NCBI GenBank assembly: GCA_000320545.1
Contig: ADNK01000816.1
Coordinates: 42,570-106,569, forward strand
Source: Bigelowiella natans CCMP2755
Lineage: Eukaryota > Protista > Cercozoa
Direction: 5' to 3'
DNA: 64,000 nt
A program made the translations under genes and the position numbers. Under the pieces are notes generated by a model. The model was not told the DNA's origin and ran no database searches. It was given only the letters and a program-made list of their open reading frames with translations. Positions 42,250 to 54,721 of this stretch are shown here, piece after piece; position 1 is the first letter of the stretch, and every line of letters begins with the position of its first letter.

Positions 42250-44735
42250 ATGATGACGGCTTCGTCTTGTTTCCACCCGGCCCTTCTTGCCTGATCCCGC
42301 TCCAAGTGCCTTGCTGGGTTAGCCAGGCTCTGGGAACTTTGGATGATATCCCCCCAAAGTGAGTCGCTGCTTGGGAAGGAGCTTCGGAAGGGCAGCCGCC
42401 GTAGCGGAGAAGGCTCGGTCACGAAGGGGAAGAAGGTCGGTTCATGCGATGATGATGATCATGATGATGGTGCATATTATGATGCATGTCTCATGCGCTC
42501 AATTCGTTAGGAACATACGGCCCAAGATAACTTTATGGCCCAATACAACTACTCCTTTCTCGACCTTAAGAACCAAGCTGCCGAGCTGGGAATCGATCTC
42601 GAATCAGGTCATAAATCATATATAATTTTACACTTCGGGGCTTCATGCGCAGATGGCCAATTCCGATATTTCTATTCTTAGGAAGAAGAACCATAAGCTG
42701 TGGGGAAATACTTTGCGGAGGCACAAGGTATAGATCCCTCCTCCTAAATTTTAGCATCACTTACTACTTACTGAAGTAAAACCACGCTGATACGCACATC
42801 GACAGAGCCCATTACGTTGCCTGGACAAGCATCATCCTGATCTACTTCTTCGTCGGCGCCTTTGTTTATAGCGAACTCAACGGATGGACTTACTCATGCT
42901 CACTGTTAGTTTCTCTCTTTGTTACAAACTCATGTACAGCAAGAATTGACGACGTTGAAATACGGTATCATCCTGAAGGTATTATGCCAGTCAAGTAGCT
43001 TGGTGTGTCGGATTCGGAGCTATCGAAGAGGTTAATTTTTCACCATTTCCCGACCTAAGAATTTCTGACATAATCCGTTGTTCCGACAGGACTCGAACGC
43101 TTCGAAGTGGTGGACGGTGTTCTTCAATCTGACAGGGGCATCCATTATTGGTGCGGCCATCGTTTACTTCCTCCAAATGACTTTAGAAAACCAGGAAGCT
43201 TGGAAGCATGAAGGTGTTGCTGAGCACACATATACTTATCACAACAAAGAACGAAGCAAGTACACAAACACACGCACATCTATACATGTACATATTCATA
43301 TATATATATATATATATATAATATTATATGTGCATACATAACAATATAAATATGTACACGCACACTCTTATAACATAATTAGAGAGAACAAGTGCGGCTA
43401 ACATGTGTCCGTTTTGACAACGGTACTAACTCCTTCGACACTATCTGTTGCTTTCTAGAGCTGTCATACGCGATGAACAAACAAGCGATCGCGGAGTTGG
43501 AAGGGGAAGAAGTAGGGAGTCCTGAAGGAACAACTACAGTGGCGTTGTCTGATATAGAGCAGATGCTACGGACCGGCACGCAGAGGGCCGCACAATCCCT
43601 TTACGCTGTACTTCCCGTGCTGCTGACAATTGCCTGGGTTGGGGGCGGAGTCCTATATGGAATGAAGTATGAGCAGTGGGATTTCATTGTGAGTCTCTAC
43701 TTTGCTGTGACGGCGCTTACAACTGCAGGGCTGCAAAGCGCCGCGGTGGACCCGCATAGCGACACATTCACCAATTGGTTCATGGCGTTTTATGTGCTCT
43801 TCGGAGTGCCAATCTTTGCGAGTAAGTAAGAGGAAATGGCTTTTTCAAATATTATGATTGATATATAACTTTGAGTAGTAATTGCTACCTTAATACTGAT
43901 GGTAGTAGTGCTTGGTACTGTAAGCATCAATTGGGAGAGCCCTTATCGGAAAGATTATAAGAATACGTTCTGTTTATATCATAGCCCCTCGAAGTAGAAA
44001 ATAGAGTAGTTGAGGGATCCTCAGAGCAAATTTGAGCATTAGTTATATGTAACAGGCACGTTAGGCTGGATTGCCAGCAAGTTCTTCGAGATCTATACAC
44101 GCAGGAATATCAGAGAAAAAGTTAACAAAAGGCTGAAGAAAGAGGACCTTGAATTCGCGTCCATGCTTCTTGCCAATATTAAGCGTGGAAACACTAAATT
44201 TAGCTACGGTGATTTCCTCGAATTTATGCTGGTACGACTGGCTCTTATCGACATTAGCACACTGCAGGATCTTAGATGCCGCTTCCACGAGCTTGACAAG
44301 AAGCAAAGAGGCTATATCACCCTGGAGGACATTCAAGCTGAGCTTGAATTCGAAAGATTCGATCTGAACGGCGATGGCGTGATCAGGATGGTGGAATTCG
44401 TGACAATTTGCGGGAAAATGGGAATTGGATTCGACAATCTGGACAGGTTAGAGATATTTAACCGGATAGATCTGGGGGGAAAAGGAGTCATAAATCGCAA
44501 CGCTTTCTCTACATGGTGGCACAGCGAAGGACGGAATCTGCTTCCTGAATCAACGCAAGAGCGATCAGTTGCATACATAGGGGGTCTTCAGAATTTAGGC
44601 GCGTCTTCGTCCACCAGTCGTCAGGAGAGATCCAAATCCACAAGACCAGATTCCTCCAATGGCCATCAATCTTCAAGAAGAAGCGACCAAAAATCCCGTC
44701 ACATTTGGTACCGACAGACCACGCGTGATTTCTGA
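42250..44735 (+). CDS. Two-pore-domain K+ channel-like protein (TPK-type) with C-terminal EF-hands
   Basis: 4 TM/2 pore layout: GWTYSCSLYYASQVAWCVGFG and WDFIVSLYFAVTALTTAGLQ. EF-hand-like loops DKKQRGYITLED, DLNGDGVIRMVE and DLGGKGVINRNA. Start approximate. Confidence 0.85.
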
Positions 44736-44820
44736 TGTGCACCATCCATTTTTTTGTGCACGAGATCAAGGAACGAATCTAATTTAAGACAAAATGATTT
44801 GGATGAAGGAAATGTTTCCA

Positions 44821-45960
44821 TCTCCACTTGTGAATTTGTGCGTCAACGTTTCACATTGAACGATGAGTGCACGCCCGTCTAGCCGTGTCAAGAACATCCA
44901 TGCGGCTTGCTGCTTGCGAATGATGGCTGTGTGGCGCCGTTTGGGCTAGTGGCCAATGTTGCTGCTGTCCGGACGCAGCGTCATGTGCCAATGGGACTGC
45001 ATTTAGTCGCGCATTGCATTGTGATGTGAAACTTGCAAGGTTTTCCGTCGCACGTCACACACGCACAACCTGACAATGCAAACAAGGCTGAGGGGGGCGC
45101 GATGAAATGGGTGGATGAAGTGTCACAAGTTGGCACTTCCTGGCGGACGCACTCACTTGACAATCGACTTGGTGCACTTTCCAATGGGATCCAATGCTGT
45201 TGATGTGTTGAGCGCGCAAAACCAGAAAAGTGTCATGCTTTGACCACGGTTCGGCTCAAGTTCAAACTTGAGGGTCAAAAACATGAGTGACTGAACGAAC
45301 CAACGAACAAAGCTAGAAAGCTGAAAGGGCCAGACGGATGAACGAACGAACGAATTGAGCAGTTCCACAGGGGCGGTCGATCGTTAGAAGTTTCATTTTT
45401 CTCGTTCACGAACGAACGAGTGAGTTGCACACGAGCGAAGCAGTTCCACAGGAACGGTTGAAAAGATTGTTTGTCACGCTGACTCGTCCGGGACCTCCAG
45501 ACCTCCAGACCTCCTCAATCTGTTGGATCTCCGATGACATGAATGAACAAATGCATGAATGAAGCGGTTCCACAGGAATGGTGAACAAATGAATGAAGAT
45601 GTGCACAGCTGAAAGGATCATCGGTCACGCCATTCTGCAGAACAGTGAACAATGAACAATGAACGAAGCATTGATGCAAAACCACGTGAGCAAGAACCAC
45701 ATGGGAGACATGCACAAACACGTAGCAGCGCTTCAACAAAAATCATTGCGAGAACTTGTCAGCACCCTGTTGGTGTCAAGTGACTCAACTAGCAAATGTC
45801 CCACAACTGAGGAAACTGAGGACGGGCCAGGTGAAAGCCACCCCAGGAAAAAGCTTGCGACTTGATGACTTTCCTGATCGAAGGGAAAATGGCAAAATTT
45901 CGCCCTTGCATGACCATTCATTTTTTTCGACGCGTCGTCTTCCACAAACGGAGGCGATTT
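44821..45960. other. TpA-depleted intergenic tract containing the longest copy of the dispersed repeat (~45330-45745)
   Basis: Manual count: 7 TA in 1140 bp (4 CTAG, 2 TTAG, 1 GTAG). Confidence 0.9.
45330..45745 (+). repeat. Dispersed degenerate repeat (possible non-autonomous transposon relic)
   Basis: Aligns by eye with 24219-24306 (+), 58410-58550 (-) and 60875-60990 (-). Shared blocks: GCAGTTCCA, CCTCCTCAATC, GTGGAACNNCTTCATTCAT, AAGCATTGAT and AGAACCACATGGGAGACA. Confidence 0.8.
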
Positions 45961-46189
45961 CGCTCGTACCACACAGCCCGAATCAGCAACAGCAATCGAG
46001 TCACTGGACACTGGACACACAGGATCAACACACGCAAACGCATCTCTCGTACTTTCTGAGGAGAAATAGCAGAAAAAGGATTGTCGCAGAGGTTTAACGC
46101 CATGTGTTTAACCCCGAAATAAATCACAAGCACAAACTTTCTCACAAATCGTTCGTTTGTTGTAAATAAACACGTTACCAAGAACAATC

Positions 46190-49100
46190 ATGGCCGACCA
46201 GCTCACTCCGACCGTCCCCGGCGGGAAACAACCGACGCGACCGAAGCTCTCACCGTCTGCAAAAGAAAAGGTCTCCTTTTCTTTTGTTCCGCTTGGGAGG
46301 AGGCATAAACGATGGATTCCATAGAAATCCTTTAATCATTTTGTCACGAAATACACATTGCAATTTTTAATGTTTCTGATTTGGCATCATGATGCCGGTC
46401 GGTAGCAAATGACAACCATTTATGAGATTTATGAGTCCGAATTGACACACATTTTTTGTAAAACATTAACTTAGCGGCGAGTATCTAGGACGTTCCAAGA
46501 GATTAAAAAAATCTACGAGGAACCTGACAAAGAAGATGAGGTACCGAAAGGCTCAACCCAAGTTTTAGCTGCATATTGTGTGACGTGTATGTAAAGTATT
46601 ATTTGATTCGACCACAGATTGTCACTGTTGAGAAGAAGATTCACAGGCGTATGAGCACAAGGATTATAAAGGCCAAGCTGTTCTATGAAGGGGTTTATTA
46701 GATACAAAATTCAAAATCTCGATGATTTTTTATAAAGACTGACTTGAAATTTGCAACATTGAAGCCAAGTCCCATGTCATCGATGGTTGGAGAAGATAGA
46801 TTCTCGGTGTCTATCACACCCTCATTGTCCAACACCGCCGGATCAATACAGCAACCAGATATAAATCCAATATCTCCCTCCTCACGAGAGGCACCACGAG
46901 AAGTCAATGGCACTACAACTGTCGATCTTAAGGCAACTGAAGGTTCCTGGTTGAAAACTAATGAGTATACAATTGCTTTTTAGTATTACCTTATAATAAG
47001 TGTAACCTGAAGCATGTGGTGCAGCCTCAAAGGAAACTAAAGATTCTAAAGAAGAGAACTCTTGTGAAGCCGGACAGATTGAGAGTGACCAAATGAAGGC
47101 TGAGTCTTCGAAGGAGATGAAGGATGAACAGGAAGACAGTGTTCAAGTGGACAAGCAAGAATCCCAGATTGCGGGATCAACTGCCAAAGAGTCAGCCGCT
47201 GAATCGAAGATGGAAAAATTAAGAACAGAGAATGTGGATGTAAATGCTAAAGAATATGATAGCATGAAGCCCGACGAGGTGAAGCTCGATGAAGTGAAGC
47301 CCGATGAGGTGAAGCCCGATGAAGTGAAGCCCGATGAAGTGAAGACGGATGAGGTGAAGGCGGATTGGAAGACACAGGCGGACGGGGAGAAGGTGGAGGG
47401 AGACTTCGTGGACGAAACAAAGGCAGAGAATAGTGCTGGGGGAGACGAAGTAATAGCCACTACAAAAGTTTCTCAGGAAGTCAATGAAGATCTCGGAAAA
47501 GAAGAAAATAATGATTTCGAAAAATCGCAAATTGATGGAGAGGCGCAAAAAGTTTCTGAAGAGGTTGCTTCAGAGACTAACCAAAAAAATTTCGCTGAAG
47601 ACACTACAGATTCTAATCCACAAGATTTGTCGGAGCAAAAGAAAGAAGACAAATCTATTTCCGAATTGGAAAAGCAAGCTGTAGTTATAAAACCAAAATC
47701 AGATGACGGTGAACCAGCAGACAACGAAGAGAAGTTGGTTGAAGCAGGAATAGTGGAGCAGGTTCATCCCTCCGTGGAAACTGATCCTATGAATGCAGCA
47801 GGAGAGGAAGAATCTACTGAAGAGCAGCCATCAAAGAAAACGATGGATTCAGAGGAAGGTACGCAGCATCCGATTTCAAGAATAACAGAAGAATTTGGGT
47901 TGACAGAAGAGGAGGAACAAGCTCTAGAAGAAAAAAAAATCGAATCGAATGAAGCTAAAACAGAAAATGCACCAATCAAAGCAGAAACTGCTAAAAATCC
48001 TACTGAAACTGGTATCTCTCGATCCAATGAAAACACAGAAGAGCCTCAGACAGTAAAGAAATCGGAGAATATCAAGAATGTTATTGTTCAAAAGGCTCCG
48101 TTTGGTCTTACAGCGAGCAACCTATTAGTTATTCGTGTATGGGGTGAAGCTGTAAAGGAGGGTATGTAGATTTTCAGAATTGAGTCTACAGATTATACCC
48201 TATGTCTGATCGAACGTGGCATGTTTGAACACTAGGAGTGGTTGTTGGAGACAAAATCTTGACAGTGAACAACATCCAGGTAAAATATTTTCGCATTACA
48301 TGTGATTAAAATCATAAACTGTATTTTTCTCCTTAGGTTGACACGAACAAAGCGATGAAGAATTTATTTGCAAACAGCCCGCTTCCCTTTCCAATGAGGC
48401 TTGCTCCTGGAACAGAAGAAACAATTGCAAAAGCTAAATCGGTGGAACATAATTCATAATTTAGCAGTTGTATACAGCCTAATGTGCTTTACTTGTGCTT
48501 CAGTTGTCAAATGTGTTGCAGGTACTTTTAAGACTAGAAAAACAGGAAAGACAGCGAAATGAAAGAGAGCGTAAAGAGCTTGAAAAACGTAGACAACAAG
48601 AAAAAGCAAGAGCACGAGAAGAAAGCGAAGCAATACGCCCTGCAGGTCTACTTCTAGATTCTAGCTATGTTCTTGTAGAATTGTATAATTTCAAGATTGA
48701 AGTAAAATATCTAAATTCAGATAAAGTGATTAAAAAAGGAGGTTTCGGTTACAGAGGAACAAGATACATAAAATGTAAGTGTCGAGTATTTTTTTTTCAA
48801 ATAACTTTTTCGTATAAGACAATATGTTCAGCAACTAGCAAGATATTAAATTCTATTGCGTGATCAGTGTACAAGGAGATGATTTATTACGCACACGATC
48901 CGAACGTATTGGATTCACCTGAGAAACTCGAGCAACTTGCAGCAGAATATAATTCAAGTTTAGTTAATACAAGCGGTGTGAAGAAAAAGATCAAGAAAAA
49001 AAACTGTGTGATTATACCAATGAAATCGGTATCAAGAATAAAGAAGAGCCCTGGAGGATACGGAATTACCCTCACTGTGAAACACAGAAAGGCCAGGAGA

Positions 49101-49196
49101 ACCTTTACTTTTGAGGCTGAGAAAGGTTCTGATATGTTTGACTCGTGGTCCGAGGTCATCCTGAAAGCTCAGGGATTCCAGAAAAAGGAAAATTAA
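46190..49196 (+). CDS. Large acidic protein with PDZ-like domain, coiled coil and C-terminal PH-like domain
   Basis: Acidic exon 47093-48169 ends KAPFGLTASNLLVIRVWGEAVKE|GVVVGDKILTVNN (PDZ). A charged coil follows, then VIKKGGFGYRGTRYIK..IIPMKSVSRI..RTFTFEAE..FDSWSEVI (PH). Confidence 0.7.
47266..47360 (+). repeat. Coding 15-bp minisatellite (KPDEV x ~6)
   Basis: GAAGCCCGATGAGGT-type units encode KPDEVKLDEVKPDEVKPDEVKPDEVKTDEVK. Confidence 0.9.
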
Positions 49197-50139
49197 ACTA
49201 GATAAGAAGGATGCATGCTTAGCATGTAATTGAAGCTAGGGCAGAAGTAGCCCGCAAAAGCAAAACCCTCACTGATGATGTTGGCTGTTCTGAATGTGCA
49301 AAAATGTTCTTGACATGAATCATGCCAGCGGTGAACGAAATGATCTAACGCAAAAAACATTTTGGCAAAATGACAGCAGCATGCGCTGCATTGTCCAAAG
49401 TGGTTGTGATCCGTGCCCGTGCACTCTAGCACTGTGTGGTGCGTGTTGCATGTCGTTGTTGCTGACATCAAGGACCAAGAGAAGAGAAAGAAGAGTTTCA
49501 GTGAGAGGGGGGAGTCGTTTCTGAGCTCACACGTGTGCAAGTCCAAGTGTTGTGCATTGTCATCTCTGGATCTAGTCATCATTGTACCAGGTTGTGTCAT
49601 GACATCTGGACATGCGAAAAATGAGAACAACAATCCAGCAATGATGATGATGAAAAATCAAAAAAGAGAAACTCCACCAAACAAAAAAAAGAACTTTCTG
49701 GCTCTCCACTTTGCAATTTTTGGGTTTCAATTTTTGCACCTTTACAGTTCTGGAGTTCAGGCTTGTGCAATCCATGCGTTGTGCCAGACGTGCATCAGGA
49801 AAGCACAATTCTGTCAACGCGGGCTAGCCAATGTGCTGACTGGCGTGCGGGTGCACTCGTGGGACTGAAATGTGTGTGTTGTGCAGCCTTCACTGGTTCA
49901 GGGCTGCAGAGCGCACCCGCTTCAATGCACCTGTGTTTTGGGACACGTGTGACAGGTGCACGTGTGGATGAGAACACATGATTGAAAACACCGTGTGAAA
50001 CCACACGTGTTCGCACGTGCGCACGCTGCACAGCCCTGGAGCCTTCAGGGCTGTGGAGTGCTGGAGTGTCCCAACCCGCGTGAGTGAACGCATGCTTCTG
50101 GGCTTGTCACCTCTGCGCTGGGCACAGCACACAGCATCG

Positions 50140-50360
50140 TGCACAACTTCAGGTGGGCCCTCGAAACCCAACTCCTTCCAGCCTTGACCGCCTCGCTGTC
50201 CGTCACAGTGGTTGCACAGAAGTTCGCCAACAAGCTCTCCTTGACGCCGAAGTGCATGATCCTCCGTCACGTGCGGGCACGCAGGATCGAAAATGTGGGT
50301 CACAAGAGACTTGCAACCTCTCGCTTTGACGATGTGGTGAAGGTGTGCCGGGTGCACGCA
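50140..50360 (-). pseudogene. C-terminal fragment of an intradiol ring-cleavage (hydroxyquinol/catechol 1,2-) dioxygenase
   Basis: PAHLHHIVKARGCKSLVTHIFDPACPHVTED[frameshift]FGVKESLLANF matches the family motif RPAHLH(Y/F)IV.A.GY..L.THIF....PY...DAVFGVKESL. Confidence 0.85.
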
Positions 50361-50454
50361 CGTTGCGACTTGCGACTTGCGACTGTTCTGGCTCAACATC
50401 AAGTCAAGGTCTTGACATTAGAGATTGCAATTTTCACGGCCTGCACTTCTGAGA

Positions 50455-50575
50455 TCCACCGGTGGAGAGGACTAGCACGCGCTCTGAGCCCAGCGTGCAT
50501 TCATCTCGGCTACGATGGCATCCTCGGCTTCCACTCCAAACAAGACCTTGGTCCTCTGAGGCTGGAAGGCAAAGG
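50455..50575 (-). pseudogene. N-terminal fragment of a maleylacetate reductase / Fe-containing alcohol dehydrogenase
   Basis: FAFQPQRTKVLFGVEAEDAIVAEMNA[2-nt frameshift]LGSERVLVLSTGG resembles F.Y...P.RVVFG.G....L..E...LG..RALVLST. Confidence 0.65.
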
Positions 50576-51188
50576 AGGAGGATTGCCTGTGCTTGACATG
50601 CTTGTGTGAGGATGCACAAACGTGCCCACCCGCCAGTACACCAGCCGAGTGATTGGAATGGAAGTGATGTTGAAAATGATGGAATTCTTCCGATGGACAT
50701 CATGTGAACCAAGCGCCTCCGAATGATGATGTTGGGAGAAACAATGAAACAATGAAACAATGATGAAGAACTACATTTCCAAAGTGTTGCAAGACACTTG
50801 CAGTGTGCAAAATGCAGTGCCTCGAACTGGTAGAGGTGGGCTCTCAGAAAACAAATCTGGAGCAAAGATGATGAGAAATTCGACAGATTCCTGGTCAAGA
50901 AATTCCGAGAGCTCCCCCCAGAAGGGTTTGTAATTCTTGTCTGCGACAGCCTTCACAATCCTGTCTCTTTTTTTAAAATGATCGAGGTTTTGTATGTCGG
51001 CATGGACGGCAAGTAAGCACAGTCTCACACGTTTTTAAAAAATGAGCGCCTAATATTTCACTAAAAGACAAGGAACACAATTGAAAAAGTATGATTTCCC
51101 CCCGGCATTACGCATTACGATGAATCGCTGAGTCAGCGATTGTCCGACTAGATCTTACAGAATTGAGCAAATTCATCTCATTCCGATC

Positions 51189-51872
51189 ATGGCTACTCCC
51201 ACCACTCCTCCACCAATAATACCTAGTCTCACCTCTCTTACGAAAATGACTTCCTCTCACGGAGGAAATGATTCCTATCTTATGCCTGTTGCTATAATGG
51301 GTTGTGCGGCTCTGCTGCTTCTTCTGATCCGCCAGATAGTGGTATTTCAAATCTCAAGTTCTCACTCCAATTGCATTACGCTTACCTCTTCGATTAACCA
51401 GAATCATTTCTTCTTCAATGGAATCTTCAAGAATCCAGTGGATGAAGAAATAGGGAATAAAGTTGAATCCGTCAGAAGGGTACGTTTTCGATCTAAAGCT
51501 TCGCAGATGCGATATTCAACCGATGGCAATCCTCGGTAAGTGAGTCTTCATCACATTTGGTGGATCAAAAATGATTTTTGGACAACGTAGGAAGGAAACT
51601 CTGATAAACGTAAGATGGACAAATTCTAAGAAAAGGACAAATTCTTTTTGGTCCCGACGAAATAGGTAGAAATTCATTAAATCTCCTCCCACACTCTTTC
51701 ATCCCACACTCTTTCATCCTATGCTACCGTATTGTCTGCTGTAGATTCGTTGACGCTAGAAGCAAGCAAATACAAAAAAGCAAAGTCGGAAGGAGAAGGC
51801 AAAGGCTGAACTCATTCACACCCTCATCTAATGATAAGAAACCGCGACGACAACGAAAAGCTACTCTGTAGT
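51189..51872 (+). CDS. Small hypothetical single-pass membrane protein
   Basis: ORF 51189-51539 has the TM segment LMPVAIMGCAALLLLLIRQIV, plausible GT-AG introns and basic downstream exons; no recognisable domain. Confidence 0.4.
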
Positions 51873-53328
51873 AATATTGAAAAATGTAAATATGTAGCGG
51901 TGTTGGGCCGATACCTCTGTAAAGTTTCACGTAATATTTAGCAGTTCCACATGTAAAAGTAACCGAAACTCCACAAATTTCAAAGAAAATGATTCGAATA
52001 ATATAATAGATAGTAAATTATGTGTACGTACAGATCACTGTATGTGTAAACCCCTTGCTGTACCTCAATTTGTTGGTAGTAGCTTTAAAAAAAATTCACT
52101 TGATTCGTCGAACATGATTCGTTACACGAATTTATCTCATTGAATTTAATAATGAACATTGATCGATGCACAAACCTAGACACACATACATGTATAAATA
52201 GATAACACACATGCTAAGTTTTCATGCTCTACGTCATGATCGTGATGGTCATGATGTTATCAATGTGTCATCATTGTCACTACTGCGTGCCACTGCATGA
52301 CTGGCTCAAGACACCAGGTCATGGAACGTGTGACACGATTAACAGTGTGTGGACATTACATGTCCATTCCCACTGACTACATGACACAACTGCTGTGTAT
52401 GGTTCTGATCCGTGCATGCTGACATACATCGTGATGAGCTGGCAAGCAAGCGCTATGAACATTGTTACTGCTGTGCGTATAAAGACTATGTAGTCCCTTT
52501 ACGCGTAGACCGTCTACGACATGTGTATCACCTATTCACATGTACCTACAACTACGATACATGTGTGCCACACATTAGCGCTTACATGCATGTGCATGTG
52601 CATCCATGTGTGCTTTGCGTTTTGGTACATGTGTCGTGGCTTGTTATTTGGTGCATGTGCACATGTGTGGGTGTGAGTAGAGCATGTGTGCTTTTCAAGT
52701 GCATGTGGTCTAGTGGTCTAGGTGGTGTGCATGGGTACATGTGTTTCTTACGCGTACACGTACAGGAACCATGTAGTCCCCATGCTAGCATGTGCGCGTG
52801 GACTCTCCAACTTCATCGCATGCATACGCACACAGTGCGCATGGTCTGCCCCCGCCATCATCGCACACGATCTAGACGATGTGTGTGATGATGGACACAG
52901 CAACACAGGACACATGTCATGCGCACACATGTGATATAATCATTGATGTTGCATATATGTCTGTCGCATGCGAGTGCTAGAGTGCATGTGCTCACAATAA
53001 CATGCAGACGTGGGAACATGCAGGACACACATTGCACATGTCTCATTGCTCGTTGCACGTCCATCATTGTGTCATCGCTCGATCGTCACGCTGTTGCGCA
53101 GCGCATTGAACTCGCATCACAGCATGTCCACTGTGTCGTTTGTTGTCGCATGCAAATGCGGTGACGGCATCGCGTTGTGCGCATGTGTTGCATGCACAGG
53201 ACATCAGGTTGCAGCCAACAGCAATTGAATTCAGATTCACAATGTCAATGTCATAGAACTGTCTATTTTTAAAAATCTTGAAAATTTTCCAACTTCTCCA
53301 ATTTTCCGAATGCAGTTGCATTTCGGGC

Positions 53329-54265
53329 TTAGATGTCTCCCGAGGATTCTTTCTTCTCTACTCCAGCATCCTTAAGAAGCCCCTCAATGTCCTTTTTAGT
53401 GTAAACTTTATACTCGGGTTTACCGTCTTTCAGGGTAATAGAAGAAAATTCTAGCTTGTCCGGGGACGGAGAGGCAGTATCCAGCATTTTTGCCAGAACT
53501 TTTACTGCGAGGGATTTTGCTTTCTTCATATCCGTATCTCCAATTTTATAGTCGGATTTCAAGACGGAATCTGCATTGGGACTGTTGTTACCTAATAAAA
53601 TACAATGATGTCAAAAATCATTCTTTAAAATGATCCTCCTTGAGAAAAAAGTTAAACTAACCAATAGCGGCAGCCTTCCATCCTCCATAGTTTCCAGAAG
53701 GTTCACTTCGGAAAAGTTGGAATCCGAAATATTCGTCCCATCCAACAACAAGGAAGGAGACACCAAACGGACGCAAACCTCCGAACTGGGTATAACTCTG
53801 CAAAAAGAAAAATGAATGATAGGGGAACCATAAGATTATCTGATAACGTACCTGCTTCAGATCGCAGATACGGTGTAAAAGCTGTTCTATGGGGATAGGC
53901 TCCTGGTACGCGTATCTGTAGCGTTGTGCTGCCAGACGTGCATAGTTAATAAGTATGTTGGCGTCTGCAGTAATTCCTGCGACCGCAACTGCAACGTGGT
54001 CATCGATTTTGTACATCTTTTCAGCAAGTCCACGGATGTCGAGCAGCTTCGAGGTGATTCTCTTCTCAGCTTAAAGTGTACACATAGAGTCAGATTCACT
54101 ACAATCTACTTACAAAATATAGATACCAGCAAGAAGGACACCATCAGAGGCCAAAATTGCTACAGCTGATCCAGCCTTCGAGATAGCCTCCATAGCATAC
54201 TCGACCTGGAATAACCTTCCTTGCGGTGAGAAGATAGTAGTGTGCGAATCATATCGTCTAGACAT
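53329..54265 (-). CDS. PSMA4: 20S proteasome subunit alpha-3 (alpha type-4)
   Basis: [74 protein letters not shown]. Confidence 0.97.
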
Positions 54266-54721
54266 CGCGATTCTTCAACTCTAAAAGGTTGAAGTTCTTC
54301 CTTCTAATTCCCTCCTTTCAGCGAGTCCCAATTTTGTAGGGAACTCTGGGGTGGAAGTAAGGAAGTAGTCTTTTTGGTTGGGGAGCGGGGAGTGCCGTGG
54401 GAAAGCAGACTGCGTTTCGAAGGTAACAAGGTTCCCGCATAAATAGACTTCTTTTTCATATTATACGACAACATTTGTATGAAGATTTTTATAATATATG
54501 GAAGGCGCAAAACTCTCTTCCCTCTCAACTTCTCCCTAATTATAAATCTTATTCCAGGATTTACCAATGGCCCATAGCCGACAAGATCTTGGCAGTTGAG
54601 ATCGTCGTGAAATGAAGGAGAATTACTATAAGCGACTGGCGATTCCTGGCCCTCCCGAGAAGAGCATCCTCGTAGACTGGAGAAGAGCACAGCTGCTTGC
54701 GACAAGAACACAACCCAAATA

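Larger units (their letters stand above)
49261..50760. other. TpA-depleted intergenic tract
   Basis: Manual count: 10 TA in 1500 bp; none between 49827 and 50418. Confidence 0.9.

Noticed and set aside
45100-45145. VDEVSQVG resembling a PIF1/Helitron helicase motif II
   Set aside because: No other helicase motifs are found nearby in any frame.
44821-45960. Ordinary 5mC CpG decay or fungal-type RIP as the explanation for TG/CA richness
   Set aside because: CpG remains plentiful and TpA is lost rather than gained, and expected Tyr codons in the pseudogene polarise the change from TA. It is not formally excluded for individual CA/TG sites.
50771-51028. 85-aa minus-strand ORF with protein-like composition
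   Set aside because: It has no ATG start, no recognisable family and no supporting splice pattern; it may be a gene fragment but is unsupported.
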